In this document: positions 21,398 to 30,997 of the stretch, in pieces
Layout of the letters: the number at the start of each line of letters is the position of its first letter
Numbering within the stretch: position 1 is the first letter of the stretch
Assembly (NCBI GenBank): GCA_965224705.1
Contig: OZ245056.1
Span: forward strand, 1,344,001 to 1,408,000
Length of the DNA stretch: 64,000 nucleotides
Direction: 5' to 3'
Origin: Spirochaetaceae bacterium
GTDB lineage: Bacteria > Spirochaetota > Spirochaetia > DSM-2461
The notes under the pieces: model-generated
Told to the model about the DNA's origin: nothing
Seen by the model: the letters and a program-made list of their open reading frames with translations, nothing else
Database searches by the model: none
Position numbers and translations under genes: made by a program

Positions 21398-22782
21398 CCA
21401 TTCCCTTCAGTGAAACGAACGATCTCATTGTTGCCCCTGCCACTCCCCGCGGCAGAGGGGCACTCGCCATTATACGAAGCTCCGGCCCAAAGTGCATTGA
21501 AACATTTGCCAGAGTCTTTTCACACCCGGACAAACTTCTGAAAAGTGAAGGCAATAAAATCCTCCACGGATGGTTTCAGGACACAGAAGGAAATCCAATC
21601 GACGAAGTCCTGATTTCATTGTTCCGCATGCCTTTCAGTTATACTGGCCAGGACTCAATAGAAGTGAGTTGTCATGGAAATCCAGTCGTTGTCGACCGTA
21701 TAATTGAAATCCTCCGAAGTATTGGTTTCAGGGATTCAGAACCGGGAGAGTTTACATTCAGGGCGTTTTCCTCCGGTAAGATGGATCTTACCAGGGCTGA
21801 AGCCGTCAATGAAATGATCAATGCCCGAACGGACAAAGCAAGAGCCCTGGCGGCTTCTCGTCTGGCAGGTTCTGTGGAGACTGTGATTGATGAAGCAAAA
21901 AATCTTGTCAGCCGACAGGCAGCCGTAGCGGCATTAGCTCTGGATTATCCTGATGACGAGATGGAAACGGTTCCCTTCGATTATGACTCACTCAGGAAGA
22001 TGAGGATTCAATTGGAGCACATGGTAAACACCTGGAGAACTGGACGTCTATATCAGGATGGACTCAGAGTTGCTCTCGCAGGACCAGCAAATGCAGGAAA
22101 GTCTTCTCTTTTTAATCTTTTTCTCAAAGAAGAAAGATCCATTGTTACTGAAACTCCAGGTACCACTCGAGATTGGGTGGAAGCCTGGATAAATCTTGAT
22201 GGCATACCAGTGTGCCTTGTCGATACGGCTGGATTACGAATGCAAACGATGGATCCCATTGAAACAGAAGGAATTCGGCGTACACGGGAACTCATCTCGG
22301 CATCGGATCTTGTTATCGTTGTTGTTGATGGATGCTCAAGTTCAACTGCGAATGAATCATTTTACAGAGAAGAGATCCTTGGCCGTTGGAAAGTTCAGGA
22401 CAGGGAATTCTCTCACAGCAGAATTATTCGAGTATGGAACAAAGCAGATGAGGCTCCGATTCCGCCTGAGGGCTGGTTGGCTGTGAGTGCCCTGAAGGGA
22501 ACAGGTTTCAATAATCTGGTTGAAGCTGTTCGGTCAAAAATCCTCGAGAGTGGTACGTTTCTTGATGGAGGTATTCCAATTATTGATTCAAATCGGCAAA
22601 AAAATCTTCTGCAGCGTGCAGTTACCGCACTTAAACAGTTTGAAGAGATATCTCTGGCACCCATAGATTTGAAGGCAGAAGACCTTCGAGATACCCTTGA
22701 TGCTCTGGGAGAATTGACCGGGGAAGTAAGCCGGGTGGATATTCTGAATATCATGTTCAGCGAGTTTTGTGTTGGGAAGTAG
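21394..22782 (+). CDS. mnmE: tRNA modification GTPase MnmE
   Basis: PGEFTFRAF, GPANAGKSSLFN, PGTTRD, DTAGLR, NKAD, C-terminal FCVGK. Confidence 0.95.
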   Translation: MTIPFSETNDLIVAPATPRGRGALAIIRSSGPKCIETFARVFSHPDKLLKSEGNKILHGWFQDTEGNPIDEVLISLFRMPFSYTGQDSIEVSCHGNPVVVDRIIEILRSIGFRDSEPGEFTFRAFSSGKMDLTRAEAVNEMINARTDKARALAASRLAGSVETVIDEAKNLVSRQAAVAALALDYPDDEMETVPFDYDSLRKMRIQLEHMVNTWRTGRLYQDGLRVALAGPANAGKSSLFNLFLKEERSIVTETPGTTRDWVEAWINLDGIPVCLVDTAGLRMQTMDPIETEGIRRTRELISASDLVIVVVDGCSSSTANESFYREEILGRWKVQDREFSHSRIIRVWNKADEAPIPPEGWLAVSALKGTGFNNLVEAVRSKILESGTFLDGGIPIIDSNRQKNLLQRAVTALKQFEEISLAPIDLKAEDLRDTLDALGELTGEVSRVDILNIMFSEFCVGK

Positions 22783-23446
22783 AATCGACCAGAATGCCGT
22801 ACTCCGACAGGGACTTGCCTCTCTGGATTTGGAAAATAAAGGAATCCGCATAGACAAATTGGAAAACTATATTGCGGAAATAAAATACTGGAATCCCCAT
22901 TATAAATTGATCGCAGCAGGTGAAGATATTGCCGTTCGGCATATTCTTGACAGCCTGGCAGGTTTGAAAACAATACAGTCCTTTAATCCAGGAAAAATGG
23001 CAGACATAGGTTCTGGTGCTGGAATTCCCGGGATTCCTCTGTCCCTCTGGCTTCAGGATTCCAAAATCTACCTGATAGAGCGTTCTGCCCGACGAGCTGG
23101 ATTCCTGAAGAATGTTGTCTATAAGCTGAATCTTGACAATGTTATGGTTATTGATAAACCGGTAGAACAAGCGGCCGATATCGGTCTGTGTGATATTGTG
23201 GTGTTTCGGGCATGGACCCGTTTAAATAGGAAATCATTGAAAAAAGTTCTCCCAATTCTGAAACCAGATGGGGTGATCATTGCCTATAAAGGTCAGATAA
23301 TCAAAACGGGAAATGAGTTCAAGGAATTGAATTCACAGATGCAGATTGAAATTCTACCCATCAATGTTCCCGGACTGAGTGCAGAGAGATGTCTTGTGAT
23401 AATGGAGCCTTCCAGTTCATTGCGGCAGAACTCTGATACTAGCTAA
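22769..23446 (+). CDS. rsmG: 16S rRNA m7G527 methyltransferase
   Basis: RHILDSL, ADIGSGAGIPGIPL, VVFRA, AYKG. Confidence 0.9.
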   Translation: MLGSRIDQNAVLRQGLASLDLENKGIRIDKLENYIAEIKYWNPHYKLIAAGEDIAVRHILDSLAGLKTIQSFNPGKMADIGSGAGIPGIPLSLWLQDSKIYLIERSARRAGFLKNVVYKLNLDNVMVIDKPVEQAADIGLCDIVVFRAWTRLNRKSLKKVLPILKPDGVIIAYKGQIIKTGNEFKELNSQMQIEILPINVPGLSAERCLVIMEPSSSLRQNSDTS

Positions 23447-24794
23447 TTGATCTGAGTATATCCAACAACTCCTCTTTACCGTATAATTCAATCAGCCTTG
23501 CCTCTACGAAACGGGTTGCTTCTACAGAAAAACTTGTATGTCCAATACAAATTCCGCGATCAGAATGAACTTCCTTTATCTGACCGTGGAATTCCCGTAT
23601 GAATAACTCTCCGATAGGGTTTTCAGTGCGCAGAAATCGCAGGAGGACTATCTCTTCTCCTCTTTTGGAAGTTATCGTTGCTTGAAAATCCATATAATCA
23701 TTTTTAGCAAAATTCACATCATTGATTTCAATTTTTGCGCGGGGAAACAGCGAAGAAATAACTTTTCTGGCCAATTGAATGAAATCATTGGTCGATGCAA
23801 AAAGATATGTCTGTAAATTCTTATTGGAATTGAGCAGGGAGCATTGTGTGATGCGGTATTCTACATCCTTGTAATCCGGGCTTATTGAGTGAATCTCTTT
23901 ATAAAGCTCCAGAGCCTTGTCAATGCGAAGAAGTTTATAATATGTCTCTGCCAGACGATACCTTAACTCCAGAGCCAGTTCTCTGCTGATATTTGTGTGC
24001 TTCAATCCGATAGAGTAAGCGGCCTCCGCCCCGTCCCAATCCTGTTTTTTCGCACAAATTGTACCCGAGTATAGAGCTGAATTCGGACCCCATTCCGGAT
24101 CGTTCAGAACCTGAGTGAATGCACTCTGTGCGGTATCCATGTGGGAGGATTCATATTCACATCGGGCAAAGGCATACAGAAGTTCCGGGGATGTCCCAAA
24201 AGTTTCGAGAGCTTTTTTCAGGTGTGGGACAGCTTCGTTGTAACGTTTGGCTTTGAAATAGCTTTGCCCGATGTATTTGAGAGCATTCGGGTCGAGTGGC
24301 TTGTATTGAAGGGCTGTCCTGAGGAAATTAATGGCACGGGTATAATTCCCCCGATGGAATTCAATCTGTCCCAGGCTGAGATTTACATCGTAGTCATCAG
24401 GTGTTATACCACGGGCAATCATAAGTGCCTGATAAGCTTCCGTCCAGTTCTTACAGTGCATGGCTGAAATACCGTATTTGAGATTTATCTGGCTCTGTTC
24501 AATTGAACCGAAAACCTCACCATGCTCAATAAGGAGTTGATAGGAACGCATGGCCTTATTGTATTCTTCACTATCGAAATACAATTCTGCAAGAGTTTTC
24601 AAAGCTCCTGTGTCTTTAGGGTTGGCTGCAAGGCGGCGGTTAATGTCCTTGATGATATTGTTTCGCTCTTTTTCGCTTATCACTGAGTCACTTGAATAAT
24701 CCTTACTCTTTTTGCCGGAATTGATCTTCAGCAGGGCGATTATCGTTGTAAGTAGTGAGATAAATATTATTGTCGCAACTATAGCTACTTGCAT
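23439..24794 (-). CDS. Membrane-anchored TPR protein with C-terminal Mrr-like (restriction endonuclease fold) domain
   Basis: N-terminal TM helix, many TPRs, C-terminal IGELFIREFHGQIKE..DRGICI...FSVEATRFVEARLIELYGKEEL. Confidence 0.7.
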   Translation of the reverse strand: MQVAIVATIIFISLLTTIIALLKINSGKKSKDYSSDSVISEKERNNIIKDINRRLAANPKDTGALKTLAELYFDSEEYNKAMRSYQLLIEHGEVFGSIEQSQINLKYGISAMHCKNWTEAYQALMIARGITPDDYDVNLSLGQIEFHRGNYTRAINFLRTALQYKPLDPNALKYIGQSYFKAKRYNEAVPHLKKALETFGTSPELLYAFARCEYESSHMDTAQSAFTQVLNDPEWGPNSALYSGTICAKKQDWDGAEAAYSIGLKHTNISRELALELRYRLAETYYKLLRIDKALELYKEIHSISPDYKDVEYRITQCSLLNSNKNLQTYLFASTNDFIQLARKVISSLFPRAKIEINDVNFAKNDYMDFQATITSKRGEEIVLLRFLRTENPIGELFIREFHGQIKEVHSDRGICIGHTSFSVEATRFVEARLIELYGKEELLDILRSIS

Positions 24795-24839
24795 TATTCT
24801 CAGTTATAATGAGGATGTATATTAATTTCGTCAAGATAG

Positions 24840-24994
24840 GAGTCTGTCGGACTTTAAGACTTCGAGGCGATTTTTGATGATTTTTTCCTGATGCAAGGCG
24901 ACAAAAACTCAAGCGTAGCCTGAGCTGCGTGAGTATTTTGGCAACACAGCAGGAGGGCAAAAATCGAGCCGTGAGGCATAAGTCCGACAGACTC
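24840..24994 (-). mobile_element. MITE family A, copy 1 (155 bp, inverted relative to the others)
   Basis: GAGTCTGTCGGACTT ... AAGTCCGACAGACTC terminal IRs. Confidence 0.85.
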
Positions 24995-25042
24995 CTGGTA
25001 ATTGTTGACAGAGATGATTTCTACAATTTAGGATATTGTGTC

Positions 25043-25579
25043 ATGAATGACAACTTTGATGATACTTATAGAGTGAGTTTCCGTCTTGCTGATGGCCAGT
25101 TCCATCCCTTGCTGCGCTATGGACATGCTGATACGGACAGTCTTACACTGGTTCCGGCCGGAAAAGCACAGAAAAAAGTTGTATTGCAGTTTTACTACCA
25201 TTTCCAGGGAAAACCTCATCCTGTCTACATGGGAAAGCTGAATTTCTCTGGTTTATCTGGCATTGAGCCCTGGGAGTTGAAACTTGAAGCCAGTCTTGCT
25301 GCCGCAAACTCTCTTAGAATAAGCATTGTCCATGAAAACAGTGGAAGATCAAAGAAGGCTGTTTTCAAAATTGCTCAAAACAGGAAAGGATCAGTATCGA
25401 ATTTGCCTGAGACTCTTATCTGGCGTAGTAAAGGTTTGTATTGGTTTCTGGGGTTTCTGTTTATTGTTATCTGTCTGGCAGTAATCGCCTGGGGAGCTCT
25501 TTCTATCAGCAGGGGGAAACTTATACTGCCACAGACAAAATTAATAAGCTATCCCGTTCTGACAGGAAAAAACATCTGA
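25043..25579 (+). CDS. Hypothetical membrane protein; the upstream ORF extension in the track is MITE-derived
   Basis: MNDNFDDTYRVSFRLADGQFHPLL..., C-terminal TM helix; resembles the Hsp70-like N-terminus of spirochaete LysM proteins (from memory). Confidence 0.55.
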   Translation: MNDNFDDTYRVSFRLADGQFHPLLRYGHADTDSLTLVPAGKAQKKVVLQFYYHFQGKPHPVYMGKLNFSGLSGIEPWELKLEASLAAANSLRISIVHENSGRSKKAVFKIAQNRKGSVSNLPETLIWRSKGLYWFLGFLFIVICLAVIAWGALSISRGKLILPQTKLISYPVLTGKNI

Positions 25580-25581
25580 CA

Positions 25582-27696
25582 GTGTTTTCTCGTAAATCAC
25601 TGTTCATTCACATCTTAATCATCATTGCTGTATTTTCCTCATACCAGCCGTTGCTGGGGTTGAAAACTCAAGTGAGTGAATCAATCATCCAGGTATTGCA
25701 GTCCGCAGAAACAGGCTCAAAGAAAGAGCTTTTTGCAATGGCTGATCAGGGAGGTTCTGGTGCCTGGTTTGCATTGGCTAAAACAGCATCTTACTACGAA
25801 TATCCAGATCTTGCCCGTTTACTCAGAAAGAAGTCCTGGAGAAAAGACCCCGCACCATTTGCACTGAATTCATTATCATCCCTGATTATTGAAAACCCGG
25901 ATAGCGTAAGAAATCCTCTGGCAAAAATACGGCGAGCTGTTAAAAAGCATGGTTCCAGTGAAATTCTCCGGCAGGCAGAGATTGCAGCACTTGTCTCACA
26001 GGGAAAACAAAAGGCTCTTTCCAGTAAGATCGACAGTTTCACAGGGAAGCCATGGGAAACTCCAGTTCTCGCCGCCGCAATTCAACTCAACAGCAACAGA
26101 GCGAGGATTGCCGGTCTACTTGATCGTTTCATATTGTATGTAGAAGATCCAGGTGCATTGAAGCAGCTGCCCCATGACATCTCCAGCCATGCTGATCATG
26201 AAACTCAAATTCTGAGAAGGGCAAGGATGAGTTATGCTGAAGAGGATTACAACTCCGCTTTGGCGGGTTTCAACCAGTGGCTGAATATGATTACTGACAA
26301 TGCGGAGGCCTGTATCTGTGAAACTCCATCTCCAGTTTTTGAAGAGATATCCAGTGCCGCCAGGGCTCTGAATCGGGAATCATACTGGGCAGAATTGCTC
26401 TTTGAGTTGGCGGATTCCGCCTCAAATGCACACCGCTATGCCATGTTCTTCCAATCCGGGACGCTGTACCTGTCACAAAAAGAATTTCAACGGTCTTCCG
26501 CTTCCTTTTTCAGGGCATCACGATCGATATCGAAGGGACTGGAAATGGATAGGGCGATCTGGTACCGATTGAAAACCATTGGATATGATTCAGCGATTTC
26601 AATTGCGGAAGATTTTGAGGCCATTTCCTGGGCTGCGGCATCCTGGGATGATGCGAGTCGTTTTACAGACGTGCTGGATGAGTATATACATCGTCAAATA
26701 CACCGGAGAGCATGGAACAATCTGGAATCCTTGTATCGAAATTGGAGTTCAGCTTTACCGGGGTATTCAAGAGCACAGACAGCTCTGATGCTTGCTTTTG
26801 CAGCAGAGGAAGGTTATGTCAGCGGGAAGTCATCAGGGCAATATCTTGAAGAAGCTTACGATGCGGCACCATTGAGCTGGTGGGGAGTGCGGGCGGCTGG
26901 AATCCTGGGTCAGAGGATAGTCATTGAAGCCAGTACCGCATCCCGGGAAAGCCGTGATGAAGACGTTGTGGCAGAGATTTTTCTTCGCTGGGATCTGGAG
27001 GAAATGGTGGCCGCTGATATTTTGAACGATCCCGATGGATACTCCGCTTATACAATAAGAAACACAGCAAGGAAATTGTCAGAAAAAAATCCAAGACTAT
27101 CCATTCGAGTCATATTGCATCTCTGGTTTCGGGATGGTTTTGTTCCAGGCCGGGAAGACTGGCTTCTGAGATATCCTCATCCCTATCTCACTTCCGCCAG
27201 GAAAGCCGCTCAGCATTACAACATCCCTCAGGACGTTTATTTTGGCCTGATCCGAACTGAAAGTGCCTGGGATTCTACAGCTGTCAGCCGGTCTGGAGCT
27301 ATGGGATTGACACAATTCATGCCGGCAACCTGGGACGAATGGGTGACGCGCCTGAAATACCCCGAGGATTCCAATCCAATGGATCCAGAAACAAGTCTCA
27401 TCTTTGGGGCGGCGTATCTTTCATGGCTTCGGGAACAGGACTGGACCAATGGCTGGATGGAAATTCTGGCTTCTTATAATGGAGGTGGCGGGCGCATCCG
27501 CAGATGGCGTCAGAAACAGCCAGATTATGGAGAGGATCTGTTCTCCATGAGCATGCCCGTTGAGGAAACACGGTCCTATGTGCCCAAAGTATTATTTGCC
27601 GCTACACTTTACGGATACCTCTATGATAATCAATCTCCTGAGAATCTCCACAAGTCCTGGGGTCTTTCACAGTTTTCCGATCACAGCAGGCCATGA
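25582..27696 (+). CDS. Soluble lytic murein transglycosylase (SLT domain), probable GTG start
   Basis: LIRTESAW, SRSGAMGLTQFMPAT, GAAYL, ASYNGGGG, ETRSYVPKV. Confidence 0.88.
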   Translation: MFSRKSLFIHILIIIAVFSSYQPLLGLKTQVSESIIQVLQSAETGSKKELFAMADQGGSGAWFALAKTASYYEYPDLARLLRKKSWRKDPAPFALNSLSSLIIENPDSVRNPLAKIRRAVKKHGSSEILRQAEIAALVSQGKQKALSSKIDSFTGKPWETPVLAAAIQLNSNRARIAGLLDRFILYVEDPGALKQLPHDISSHADHETQILRRARMSYAEEDYNSALAGFNQWLNMITDNAEACICETPSPVFEEISSAARALNRESYWAELLFELADSASNAHRYAMFFQSGTLYLSQKEFQRSSASFFRASRSISKGLEMDRAIWYRLKTIGYDSAISIAEDFEAISWAAASWDDASRFTDVLDEYIHRQIHRRAWNNLESLYRNWSSALPGYSRAQTALMLAFAAEEGYVSGKSSGQYLEEAYDAAPLSWWGVRAAGILGQRIVIEASTASRESRDEDVVAEIFLRWDLEEMVAADILNDPDGYSAYTIRNTARKLSEKNPRLSIRVILHLWFRDGFVPGREDWLLRYPHPYLTSARKAAQHYNIPQDVYFGLIRTESAWDSTAVSRSGAMGLTQFMPATWDEWVTRLKYPEDSNPMDPETSLIFGAAYLSWLREQDWTNGWMEILASYNGGGGRIRRWRQKQPDYGEDLFSMSMPVEETRSYVPKVLFAATLYGYLYDNQSPENLHKSWGLSQFSDHSRP

Positions 27697-28496
27697 GTAT
27701 TCTTCAAGCGGTTTTACTGGGTGCACTGCAGGGGTTTACAGAATTTCTACCGGTGTCTTCCTCAGGGCATCTTGTACTGGCCCGGGCTGTAATGGGACTC
27801 GAAAAAAGCCCTGTTCTCTTTGATGTCATTCTCCATATGGCAACTTTAATTGTAGTGATCTGGACATTCAGATATCGCCTGGGCAGTATTCTTCTGGCCC
27901 TTTATCATTTTTTATCATTGCGGGCCAATCCTGATGAGAGAACACATCTGAATTACATGCTGAGAGTGATAGAAGCATCGGCCCTTACAGCACTTGTTGG
28001 TGTGGGTATTTACCAGCTGGATATTCATGATGATCCTTTTATAACAGGGGTCTTTTTCCTGGTAACCGCTCTCATCCTGCTGACAACCAGGTTCATCAAG
28101 GGTAAAGACCACCTTAATCTTCCAGGAAGGGTACAGTCTTTTATTATAGGTATTGCTCAGGGATTTGGTGTGCTGCCGGGAATCAGTCGATCTGGGATTA
28201 CAATAAGTACGGGTTTACTTCTGGGTTTAAGCAGGAGAGCTGCCGGTGAGTTTTCCTTTCTGCTTTCGATTCCAGCAATTCTGGGTGCACTGTTTCTGAG
28301 TCTCAAGGATATTGGTGAACTATCTTCCGTTGTACCTCCATCCTCTCTGATTGCGGGCTTTCTCACAGCCGTGTTGACAGGATATGTGTTTTTGCGTCTC
28401 TTACTGTGGCTGATCAGTCATGGAAAATTGTGGATTTTTGCGATTTATCTGATTCCTGCCGGTTCCTGGGTCATTCTATCTTTCAGAGGTTTTTAG
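27693..28496 (+). CDS. uppP: Undecaprenyl-diphosphatase
   Basis: QGFTEFLPVSSSGHL, PGISRSGITI, EFSFLLSIPAILGA. Confidence 0.93.
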   Translation: MSILQAVLLGALQGFTEFLPVSSSGHLVLARAVMGLEKSPVLFDVILHMATLIVVIWTFRYRLGSILLALYHFLSLRANPDERTHLNYMLRVIEASALTALVGVGIYQLDIHDDPFITGVFFLVTALILLTTRFIKGKDHLNLPGRVQSFIIGIAQGFGVLPGISRSGITISTGLLLGLSRRAAGEFSFLLSIPAILGALFLSLKDIGELSSVVPPSSLIAGFLTAVLTGYVFLRLLLWLISHGKLWIFAIYLIPAGSWVILSFRGF

Positions 28497-28677
28497 GACT
28501 GAAAGAAAGTGCGGCTTCCTGCCCCCTGATACAGGATGTGTCGATCTGGTTTCATTTCAAGGGCCGCCTTCGCCCACCGCCAGGGGATTGGCAGCGCATT
28601 CTACCAGAACAGCATCTGTAGAAAAGGTAAAACCGGAATGTTGAACACCGATAATCGAGAAGAGGAGGCTTCTTATA

Positions 28678-30993
28678 ATGCGGTCACGCTTACACTATGT
28701 TTTTTTTATTCTGGCATTGTATTCTACTCTGGTTATACTCATGGCAGCATTGGGAGCTGTAACTTTTTTTACAGGACCAGGAAAATTCCTGTTCAGCAGG
28801 TTCCATCTGGCGTCACTTTATATCCCCTCAATACTGTTTATTGGGGGTATATTGCTGAAGTCTGGGCGATTACCTGGAAAAACCATGGAAACTCTCTGGC
28901 TATCTCCGATTGTATTTCTTACATTAACCCTGGCACTCCAGATATCCTTTGGGAGAACAGAATTCCTTGTTGTTGAAATACTTACGAATGCTCCAGGAGC
29001 CATCCCGGCAGCCGTGTTTTTTTTCCTTCTGTTTTCTCTGGAAATCATTGGAATTGTCAAGTTGGCATCAATCAACCGTAATCCCGGGAATGTACTGCTT
29101 AATTTTGAGGAATTAAAGGCTAAATTCCATGCTTTCCTGGTTTTTCTTGGATTAGAGAACCCTGAGATCACATCGGATGAGTCTACCAGGATATTGAACC
29201 CAAACCATGGACATCAGTTATCGCCGCCAGTAACAGTATTTCCTGAAAAATCCAATTCCTCGGCCATCACAGCACTTCTTAGAAATGTATTCATTGCAGA
29301 TGCAGATGCAGATGCAAATGAAGAAACAATCAGTCCCTCTCCACAGGACAGCAATACGGAACCAGTAATTCCGCCAGTTATGCCCGGGGAAGAAGATCCG
29401 GCATTTGAATATCTTGTCGGCTCACTTGATGACGCACAGGAAGCTCCTGCTGATGGAGGATACAATGATGTTTCAGCGAAACTGGATCCTCATGGTACAG
29501 CACCAAAGGGGGTTGTCATCGAACCGCGCAATGAAGTCGATGTTTTTACAGGAAATCGCACTGAAAACCATACGAGGTACTTCGTTCCTGTTGAAGGATT
29601 ATTAGCCGAGTATCCCAATGCTGATTTCTCAGATATTGATGAACACATCCGTCATGGAGCTGAAATCCTGGAACAAACACTCAACGAATTCAAAATAGAA
29701 GCCAGAGTGACGGGTATCAGTGCGGGTCCTGTAATAACAATGTATGAATTACTGCCATCACCAGGAGTAAAGATAAGCAGCATTGTAAACCTCCAGGACA
29801 ATATCGCATTGAGACTCGCAGCCAGTCAGGTAAGAATTGTAGCACCAATACCGGGAAAACATGCCATCGGCATTGAAGTTCCGAACAAAAACCGTGCAAT
29901 TGTATCCTTCAGTGCTCTGGTGAAATCCAATGAGTTTCAAAAAGAGGACATAAGAATTCCGGTGGTTCTTGGTAAGGATATCAATGGTGGAAATCATGTT
30001 ATCGATTTGACCAGGACACCCCATCTTCTCATCGCCGGTGCAACCGGATCAGGTAAATCCGTTTGTGTGAATTCTCTTATCTGCTCCATCCTGTATTCCC
30101 GAAATCCCCAGGAAGTCAAAATGATCATGGTTGATCCCAAAATTGTAGAACTCAAACTTTACAATGACATTCCCCATCTCCTCACACAGGTTATCACGGA
30201 ACCAAAGAGGGCATTGCAATCGCTTCAATGGTGTCTTTACGAGATGGAACGCCGCTACTCCCTGCTGGATTCCCAGGGTGTCCGGGATGTAACATCCTTC
30301 AATAGAAGAGTTCACGATAGAAACCTGGCAACGGTACCCCTACCCTTCATTGTTGTTATCATAGATGAATTTGCGGATCTTATGGCCACAAGCGGAAAAG
30401 AGCTGGAGGGGATTGTTGCCAGGCTGGCTGCAATGAGCCGGGCTGTTGGTATTCATCTTGTACTGGCAACTCAGAGACCATCAGTTGATGTTATTACAGG
30501 TTTGATTAAAGCCAATTTTCCAAGCCGTATTGCTTTTATGGTGGCCGGTAAAACTGACAGCAGAATAATTATCGATACAATTGGTGCTGAAAAACTACTC
30601 GGCAGAGGAGATATGCTGTTCACATCCGCCTGGAATCCATTTCCATCACGAATACAGGGAGCCTTTCTGGCTGAAGAGGAAGTGGAACGTGTTGTTGCTC
30701 ACGTGAAAACTCTCGGAGAGCCCGATTACATTGATGAAGAAATGTTTTTTGATGATGATGAGAATGAGAGTTTTCAATCACAGGCAGAATACGGTGATGA
30801 CCCATTATACAATAAGGCTCTTGATATTGTAATGAGCACAAGGAAGACATCCGCATCCTGGTTACAACGGCAATTAAAAATTGGTTACAATCGAGCGGCC
30901 AGTCTTGTAGAAGAAATGGAGCGCCGCGGTATTCTGGGACCGCCAAGTGGTTCCAAACCCCGGGAAATCATTCATATTCCTGAATCAGCCTGA
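28678..30993 (+). CDS. ftsK: DNA translocase FtsK
   Basis: PHLLIAGATGSGKSV, IDEFADLM, ATQRPSVDVITG, gamma domain LQRQLKIGYNRAASL. Confidence 0.95.
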   Translation: MRSRLHYVFFILALYSTLVILMAALGAVTFFTGPGKFLFSRFHLASLYIPSILFIGGILLKSGRLPGKTMETLWLSPIVFLTLTLALQISFGRTEFLVVEILTNAPGAIPAAVFFFLLFSLEIIGIVKLASINRNPGNVLLNFEELKAKFHAFLVFLGLENPEITSDESTRILNPNHGHQLSPPVTVFPEKSNSSAITALLRNVFIADADADANEETISPSPQDSNTEPVIPPVMPGEEDPAFEYLVGSLDDAQEAPADGGYNDVSAKLDPHGTAPKGVVIEPRNEVDVFTGNRTENHTRYFVPVEGLLAEYPNADFSDIDEHIRHGAEILEQTLNEFKIEARVTGISAGPVITMYELLPSPGVKISSIVNLQDNIALRLAASQVRIVAPIPGKHAIGIEVPNKNRAIVSFSALVKSNEFQKEDIRIPVVLGKDINGGNHVIDLTRTPHLLIAGATGSGKSVCVNSLICSILYSRNPQEVKMIMVDPKIVELKLYNDIPHLLTQVITEPKRALQSLQWCLYEMERRYSLLDSQGVRDVTSFNRRVHDRNLATVPLPFIVVIIDEFADLMATSGKELEGIVARLAAMSRAVGIHLVLATQRPSVDVITGLIKANFPSRIAFMVAGKTDSRIIIDTIGAEKLLGRGDMLFTSAWNPFPSRIQGAFLAEEEVERVVAHVKTLGEPDYIDEEMFFDDDENESFQSQAEYGDDPLYNKALDIVMSTRKTSASWLQRQLKIGYNRAASLVEEMERRGILGPPSGSKPREIIHIPESA

Positions 30994-30997
30994 GAAA

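Noticed and set aside
24703..25042. Recurrent small ORFs such as LPKYSRSPATLRFCRLASGKNHQKSPR (also 34907, 52770, 55887)
   Set aside because: Translations of MITE family A; no consistent start or RBS.
28500..28670. uppP-ftsK intergenic region with short matches to the family B interior or a possible ncRNA
   Set aside because: No terminal IRs, only short matches, and no recognisable RNA family.
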